NCBI GenBank assembly: GCA_038206875.1
Contig: JBBRAK010000006.1
Coordinates: 253 to 64,252, forward strand
DNA: 64,000 bases
Reading direction: 5' to 3'
Source of the DNA: Candidatus Saccharimonadales bacterium
Lineage (GTDB): Bacteria; Patescibacteriota; Saccharimonadia; Saccharimonadales; JBBQAJ01
Positions 58,582 to 64,000 of this stretch are shown here, one piece after another (the stretch's first letter is position 1; the number at the start of each line of letters is the position of its first letter). The notes under the pieces are model-generated. The model was not told where the DNA came from, did not search any database, and was given only the letters and a program-made list of their open reading frames with translations. The position numbers and the translations under genes are program-made.

Positions 58582-59889
58582 ATGAAGAGTCGAATTAAAA
58601 AATTAAGAAAGCATACAAGAATTGAATATCGAGATTCCAAATCTAAAATAGTACATTTTGTTATTTTTTTTGCAATTGTTGGGGTGTTGGGTACATTGTT
58701 AATCCGAGCCAGCTCCCCAACCCAGAATATTGAAGTAGAAAATGGTACTTTATCCGGTGGCATATCCAAAGTTGTTGATTCCCAAGCATCGAATGGTTCC
58801 GCAGTACTTTTTGGTGGTAGCAAGGGTGGTGTATTCCCACCAGATAGTATCAAATATGATTGTTCAGAGGACGTTGCCGCGTCGCTCAATGCCTGGTTGG
58901 ATTCTTTACCAAACGGCACAACTGTCGCTCTTCGACCAAATGGATGTTACCGTGCGGAATCAGCAATCCAGATAAACGACAAACAATACTTTGCAATTAA
59001 CGGCAACGGAGCCACTTTAAAACGTACGACCTATAACGGCAACAATGCTCCGAATGGTGACTACAGACACATCCACATAGCCGGTGGTTTTATTATTACT
59101 ATTCGCGACCTAAACATACTTGGCCAAAAAAACCCAGCAGGAGGCTACGTTGTAGCCGTAGAAGATCAAATGGGCATAGGAATCTACGGTTCATTGATTG
59201 TAAATATCGACAATGTAAATATCCAACATGTTCATGGAGATTTTGTTTATATTACTTATCGTGGTCCAAAAGTTACTGCAAAAAATATCACAATTCAAAA
59301 CTCCACATTTAAAGATGCCGGTCGACAAGGTATTGCAATTATTGACGTGGATGGCGCAATGATTAAAAACAATAGTATCAGTGGTACTGGTCGCTCATCA
59401 ATTGATTTAGAGCCTGGAGGCGCAGAAAAATCAGATATTGATAATGTTACGATTGATGGTAATACAGTTGCAGATGGCCAAAGCAATTTTATATCCAACG
59501 AAGGTGGTGGAGGGGGTTTAGCTAATCTTGTTGTTAGCAATAATACCCTGATACGCCCCATGACCATCGTTATCGATCCTCCAAAGGCATTCCGCAGAGG
59601 GCCAGTCACAATTATTAACAATAAAGGTACAAATCCCGGCAAAACACCATTTGAGATTCATGGGGTAGATGGTTTATTTATTCGCGGTAATCGGCTGGCT
59701 GTCGGCTTGAACGACAATGGCCTAAAAAGCCGTTCTTTGGTAAATATATATGGCAGTACGAATGTGCAGGTTACTGACAACATCACCACGAATGCACTCG
59801 TCACATTAAGCGCACTCGGTCAAGTTTCATCTGGATTTTGTGAAAAAAACAACTCGCCTACTTCGCCAGGCATACCTTCCTGCCCTTAG
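58582..59889 (+). CDS. secreted right-handed parallel beta-helix repeat protein
   Basis: Start set to the ATG at 58582 (MKSRIKKLRK). TM anchor, then the module IEVENGTLSGG...ASNGSAVLFGG, then beta-helix repeats (ITIQNSTFKDAGRQGIAI, IKNNSISGTGRSSIDL, VTIDGNTVADG, VVSNNTL). Confidence 0.65.
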   Translation: MKSRIKKLRKHTRIEYRDSKSKIVHFVIFFAIVGVLGTLLIRASSPTQNIEVENGTLSGGISKVVDSQASNGSAVLFGGSKGGVFPPDSIKYDCSEDVAASLNAWLDSLPNGTTVALRPNGCYRAESAIQINDKQYFAINGNGATLKRTTYNGNNAPNGDYRHIHIAGGFIITIRDLNILGQKNPAGGYVVAVEDQMGIGIYGSLIVNIDNVNIQHVHGDFVYITYRGPKVTAKNITIQNSTFKDAGRQGIAIIDVDGAMIKNNSISGTGRSSIDLEPGGAEKSDIDNVTIDGNTVADGQSNFISNEGGGGGLANLVVSNNTLIRPMTIVIDPPKAFRRGPVTIINNKGTNPGKTPFEIHGVDGLFIRGNRLAVGLNDNGLKSRSLVNIYGSTNVQVTDNITTNALVTLSALGQVSSGFCEKNNSPTSPGIPSCP

Positions 59890-59963
59890 GGACTAGCTCG
59901 AGCTAGATATTAGATATTAACAGACCAAATGAACGTGTAAATCAGTTCGATTTATATTCTGAC

Positions 59964-60632
59964 TTATCGTGATTTGAACTGCTTTCTGTTGATGACAACT
60001 TCGGACACTTCCATGCTCTTAGGTAAATCAAGTATCTGCTTCATATATTTTGCAATATCTTTTGGGTTCATCCAGTTTTCGGGATCTGCTATCTCCTGGC
60101 CAGTAACCTTTTTGACAATATCCGAATTAAAGCCACCCACGCAAAAACTAATTACACGGCAGGGTGTGTCTTTCAGTTCAACCTGCAAATTAGCGCTAAA
60201 GCCACGCATAGCCCACTTTGACGCACCATAAACGGCTTGGTCTACATAACCCTTCAGTCCGACGGTAGAAGCAACATTCATTATATCTGTACCGTCCTTT
60301 TTAATACGGTCTGCGAGGTTTGAAACGAGCAATATGGCCGACTTAACGTTTGTAGACATAACCCTCTTAATCTCGTCTTCCGTAATTTTTTCGAGTGGCT
60401 GTATAGACATTACCCCAGCACAGTTCACGATTGCCTCAAGTGGCTCCTCAATCGCAGCGACTTTTTCGGCTGCTTTTTCAATCTCAGAGCCCTCACGTAA
60501 ATTGTGCAATATATTGACATCTGCGTATTCGCACTCACGACGTGAGATATTGATGACTGTTTTGCCAGCATCTTTGTATAGTTTTGCTAATTGATAACCC
60601 AATCCGTCACTTGCGCCTGTAATTACAATCAT
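59964..60632 (-). CDS. SDR family oxidoreductase
   Basis: 222 aa with MIVITGASDGLGYQLA and the catalytic YGASKWAMRGF. Confidence 0.85.
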   Translation of the reverse strand: MIVITGASDGLGYQLAKLYKDAGKTVINISRRECEYADVNILHNLREGSEIEKAAEKVAAIEEPLEAIVNCAGVMSIQPLEKITEDEIKRVMSTNVKSAILLVSNLADRIKKDGTDIMNVASTVGLKGYVDQAVYGASKWAMRGFSANLQVELKDTPCRVISFCVGGFNSDIVKKVTGQEIADPENWMNPKDIAKYMKQILDLPKSMEVSEVVINRKQFKSR

Positions 60633-60682
60633 AGATATATTATATCAGAGAAGTTAGCTAGAAGGCCGGCTTGGTTAGAGCG

Positions 60683-60708
60683 AAAAATGCCGACTCACTC
60701 GGCGTTTT
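60683..60708. terminator. bidirectional-looking hairpin terminator
   Basis: AAAAA-T-GCCGA-CTCAC-TCGGC-G-TTTT. On the minus strand it lies 125 nt downstream of the small gene at 60833..61024. Confidence 0.45.
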
Positions 60709-60832
60709 AAAGAGGAATTATCAAATTGCAGATTAGTACCGAATTGCGGACGTGTTTCAAACTGCTAACTACAGTCGTGTAGCTATCTACAAATAAATGA
60801 GCTGATTAAGCAGTTATCTTACTGGAATTTGT

Positions 60833-61024
60833 TTAGTAGGCTTTTTTGGCGCCGTCTTTTACTGCTTTTTCGGCATTGTCCTTGGACATCATTGCACAAA
60901 CAGTTGTTCCACATTTTTGGTGCTTGCCTTTGGCCATGAAACCACCTCTTTTAGTTTGGACAATCTCTGGTGCTGACAAATCAACGCCTTTTTCCTTACA
61001 TTTTACGCAATATCCTGTAACCAT
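60833..61024 (-). CDS. small Cys-containing protein resembling DUF5679 (zinc-ribbon-like)
   Basis: 63 aa. MVTGYCVKCKEKG ... KCGTTVC resembles the CPR-typical DUF5679 proteins as I recall them. Confidence 0.5.
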   Translation of the reverse strand: MVTGYCVKCKEKGVDLSAPEIVQTKRGGFMAKGKHQKCGTTVCAMMSKDNAEKAVKDGAKKAY

Positions 61025-61180
61025 GTCTGTTCTCCCTTTAAGTTAGTTGTTATTATACATCTTTTTCAGATTTTTATTGTAGATAAATATACCACTGTCC
61101 ACACAACTTAAAATTTAGCCCTCGACTACTACCTCAAATCCTCCATATGATTCCCCTGCACCAATGAAAGTGTAGTTTCT

Positions 61181-61612
61181 CTACTGATTAGGAATCTTAT
61201 AGTCTTGGCCATCAAACACCAGGGTTTTTGTATCCGAGTTGTAAGTCCCTGTCTTTGTTTCACCATTGATCGTCGCCTCAATATTAGCTCCGTGACAGCT
61301 GTAAGTACCGGCTTCTAACTTGTCAGCTTTTTGCCAGACGACAGTTTTGTCGTTAAAGGTTACATGCCAATAGTTAGACCGTACATCCTGGCCACCAGCG
61401 GGTGCTGCATTCATGGCCGTCACTGACTGATAGGCCGTCTTCAGAGTAACTTCGCAGGCACCTGAACCTTCTGTAGCCGATGATGGGGTGACCACCTGAC
61501 TGCTTGGTGAATTTGTGCCTGTGTCCGTTTTCGGGGAAGGCTTTTTAAATACTAGAAAAGCAGAAAGCGCTACTACAATCACAATGATGGGGATAATAAT
61601 TTTTAATTTCAT
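61181..61612 (-). CDS. hypothetical secreted/anchored protein
   Basis: 143 aa. N-terminal hydrophobic anchor MKLKIIIPIIVIVVALSAFLVF followed by a small Cys-containing domain. Confidence 0.5.
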   Translation of the reverse strand: MKLKIIIPIIVIVVALSAFLVFKKPSPKTDTGTNSPSSQVVTPSSATEGSGACEVTLKTAYQSVTAMNAAPAGGQDVRSNYWHVTFNDKTVVWQKADKLEAGTYSCHGANIEATINGETKTGTYNSDTKTLVFDGQDYKIPNQ

Positions 61613-61894
61613 GATTATACAGTATCACAAAACGGGCAGAGTATTACACAGACATTCCACGACGATATTGCAACTGAACTGGCAAAGAAAAAGAGCCATC
61701 AACAATTTGGTGCACTACCTAGAATTATTTTTACAAGATATAAGGGACGAGATGGCTCGTTGGAGAATAATCTTAGCTGTTCCTAATCAAGAATACCTGC
61801 TCAGTAAGTAAGAGGCGGGAGTTACACCATGCTAAAGCGGAGTATGAAACTATTTATTGAGCCTGCCCAGCAGAATATATAGTAGAATACAGGG

Positions 61895-63142
61895 ATGGCA
61901 AAACCACATGTGACAATAATTGGTGCCGGCATAACTGGTCTAACTGTTGCACTTTACGCGCGCAAAGATTACGCCATTACTATCGTTGACGCTGGCCCAG
62001 ATCCAAGAAAACACACCCACACTCAGGGAGCTACTTATAGTGGCATGGACGCCCGACATATATCAGTGACCGAGACTACCCCTTGGACTTACGAACATCG
62101 ACACGACCTAATAGTTAAAAATGTCCGTGACGGAGGCTGGATGTGTATACCCGAAAGCCAACTCAGTAGGACAGAACAACAGTGGATAAACAAATTCCAA
62201 GTCCACACAAAAGATAGAGAAGGTCATGAACTCACAACCCAGGCTGTTATTGCTTACAATACAGCGGGTGTTAACGAGTGGAAGAGTCTCGTCGCAAACT
62301 ATGATTTCATAAAACCGATTGCTAACTCTACATATATGCCTATGCTTAGTCGCTCAAGGGATGTCTTACGCGAAGAATTTGCATTTGACTCATCACTAGA
62401 TGAGAATAGTGTCCTGCACGAAGGTTCAGAGTTACCAAGTAGTCTAAGTCCTCTTCGAACTCATCTCACCGAACTCGGCAATATAGGCTATTACACGAGT
62501 TACTGCATGGCTTTTTACTCGCGAACACTATGCATAAAACTGATAGAATTTCTAGAAGCAGAGGGCGTTAAGTTCTCATGGAGCACAAATGTGTCTGACG
62601 AAATTATAGAGGAGCAGGAACATAAACTGCTGGAAGATTTTGGTGATACAGACGCAATAGTTTGGTGTGCGGGAGTTACGCCTCATTCGTCCCAGCTGTT
62701 AAGTAAGTATGGAATCCTTATTCAAGGCGTTATGGGTTGCTGGCTCTCAATTGATAACCCCGGAGTAAATGAAGCTTGCAAAATATACGGACCAGAACCA
62801 TTAAACTATATAAACATCACACCCTCAGGCAACCAACTTTTACTGAGTGGCGGTTATGGATTCGTCGGAACTCGACCCCATAGCGAAGCCAAAATTTTGG
62901 CGCAGCCACTCATGGACGCCCTGATAGAGGAAGTCAAAAGGTGGTTTCCCGATTGCAAGATTACCGATCAGGCTTTTTGTATTAGACCGTCTACTCCTTC
63001 AGGCTTACCCGTTTTCGCTACTCATAAAACAAACAATAATTTACCGGTAATCATCGCGGCTGGTCACGCAGCTGGTGGTTTTACTCAGGCACCAGCTACG
63101 GCCGGACGCGTTTTGGATGAACTACAAAAAGTCTTGGTCTAG
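61895..63142 (+). CDS. FAD-dependent oxidoreductase (DAO family)
   Basis: 415 aa. N-terminal dinucleotide fold HVTIIGAGITGLTVAL and C-terminal AAGHAAGGFTQAP. Confidence 0.7.
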   Translation: MAKPHVTIIGAGITGLTVALYARKDYAITIVDAGPDPRKHTHTQGATYSGMDARHISVTETTPWTYEHRHDLIVKNVRDGGWMCIPESQLSRTEQQWINKFQVHTKDREGHELTTQAVIAYNTAGVNEWKSLVANYDFIKPIANSTYMPMLSRSRDVLREEFAFDSSLDENSVLHEGSELPSSLSPLRTHLTELGNIGYYTSYCMAFYSRTLCIKLIEFLEAEGVKFSWSTNVSDEIIEEQEHKLLEDFGDTDAIVWCAGVTPHSSQLLSKYGILIQGVMGCWLSIDNPGVNEACKIYGPEPLNYINITPSGNQLLLSGGYGFVGTRPHSEAKILAQPLMDALIEEVKRWFPDCKITDQAFCIRPSTPSGLPVFATHKTNNNLPVIIAAGHAAGGFTQAPATAGRVLDELQKVLV

Positions 63143-64000
63143 TTAACTCTATTCGAGGGCCTCTCGGCCAGGTAGTTTTTGAGGTTATCGACGTATATTC
63201 GCTTCTTTAATGAACTAGCTTCACGAGTCAGGTAAGCAATTGCTGGATAAACTCTACATGTGTTAATCGACTTTAATGCCTTAAGCTGTTCTTCATTCAT
63301 CTCGTCACTATGGTCAAGCATAAACACTATGTCACTTTGCAACAGTCGTGCTACCAGAGGATCAAAGTCAATAAGCTCCATCGGACTAACATTGATAACA
63401 ACAGCATCCTTCTTAATCTTCTGTAGCCTGCCACTGTTGATGATGCCCTCAGTTTCAATGTTAAGTGCAAGGTTAATAGTTATTATGTCTGAGCTTGCCA
63501 GCAGGTCATCTAGTTCTTGGTATTTGATGCCCTTTGTCTCAGCATCTTTTTTACGAGTGCGTGACCAATATGTAACGTCACAGCCGAAAGCCTGCGCAAG
63601 CTCTGCAGTACGTCTACCAATATTGCCTAGACCAATAACGCCGAACTTCTTACCTTTGATTTCCATACCCGGGTGTTCATCATCTTCGTACACGCCATCC
63701 CAGGCTAACCCAAGCGCTCGACTAACTCCACGGCACCATTCGATCAGGATGCCAAAAGTAAACTCGGCAACACCCTCAGTCGCATAGTCTGCGATGTTCG
63801 TAACGGTAATACCCTTACTGGCGGAGTATTCGGTATCAATACCGCCATAACCAGTACCAAGCATCCCAATATATTTTAAGTTGGGAAATTTATCTATTAG
63901 CTCCTTAGGGACTTTAGCTCCGAGTTTAACTAATAAGCCATCGACATCTGTATTGTCGCCAAGTTCTGCATCACTTGCCACAAAGACACGATCTGCTGTC
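63139..64000 (-). CDS. D-isomer-specific 2-hydroxyacid dehydrogenase (5' end beyond the window)
   Basis: NAD-binding GVIGLGNIGRRTAELAQAFGCDVTYWSR. The frame stays open upstream of the GTG at 63981 to the window edge (TADRVFVASD...). The stop overlaps the convergent gene by 4 nt. Confidence 0.8.
   Translation of the reverse strand, partial: TADRVFVASDAELGDNTDVDGLLVKLGAKVPKELIDKFPNLKYIGMLGTGYGGIDTEYSASKGITVTNIADYATEGVAEFTFGILIEWCRGVSRALGLAWDGVYEDDEHPGMEIKGKKFGVIGLGNIGRRTAELAQAFGCDVTYWSRTRKKDAETKGIKYQELDDLLASSDIITINLALNIETEGIINSGRLQKIKKDAVVINVSPMELIDFDPLVARLLQSDIVFMLDHSDEMNEEQLKALKSINTCRVYPAIAYLTREASSLKKRIYVDNLKNYLAERPSNRVN

Overview
Dense bacterial chromosome segment using the standard genetic code. 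It is moderately AT-rich by eye and mostly minus-strand. Many adjacent genes have ATGA, TAATG or TAGTG start/stop overlaps. My inference from gene content, not a database result, is a Saccharibacteria (TM7) / CPR-like genome. The supporting traits are small proteins resembling DUF5665 and DUF5679, extended ribosomal proteins, large sortase-type and membrane-anchored surface proteins, a FemAB transferase, and a cytochrome bo3-type quinol oxidase with NDH-2. Housekeeping genes I recognise are pheST, yajQ, rmuC, typA, sodC, metK, trmD, rpsP, rnc, nusB, rpmF, leuS, ligA, htpX and lemA. There are four tRNA genes: Gln-CUG, Ala-GGC, Leu-UAA and an atypical Cys-GCA. I saw no rRNA, CRISPR array, transposase or integrase. 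Features worth a second look, in rough order of interest: (1) A 63-nt tRNA-Ala-like mini-cloverleaf with G3:U70, encoded CCA and no anticodon loop. It lies divergent to a translationally coupled four-gene operon (Mur-ligase-like, alpha/beta hydrolase, DegT aminotransferase, FemAB). (2) A 544-aa orphan protein with a RelE/ParE-like C-terminal signature, plus a displaced 136-bp paralogous fragment 1.86 kb away. (3) Two tRNA genes (Ala, Leu), each followed 150-190 nt downstream by an exact 18-21 nt copy of its own 3' end. (4) A 154-nt long-hairpin candidate RNA between cyoE and a small membrane-protein gene. (5) A CyoD subunit fused to a His-motif cupredoxin-like domain that has a free-standing paralog elsewhere in the window. 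(6) A signal-peptide-to-LAxTG surface protein split by one in-frame TAG. (7) A probable SAM-I-clan riboswitch with an SD-sequestering hairpin ahead of metK. All functional calls rest on motif recognition by eye. No searches or folding programs were run.
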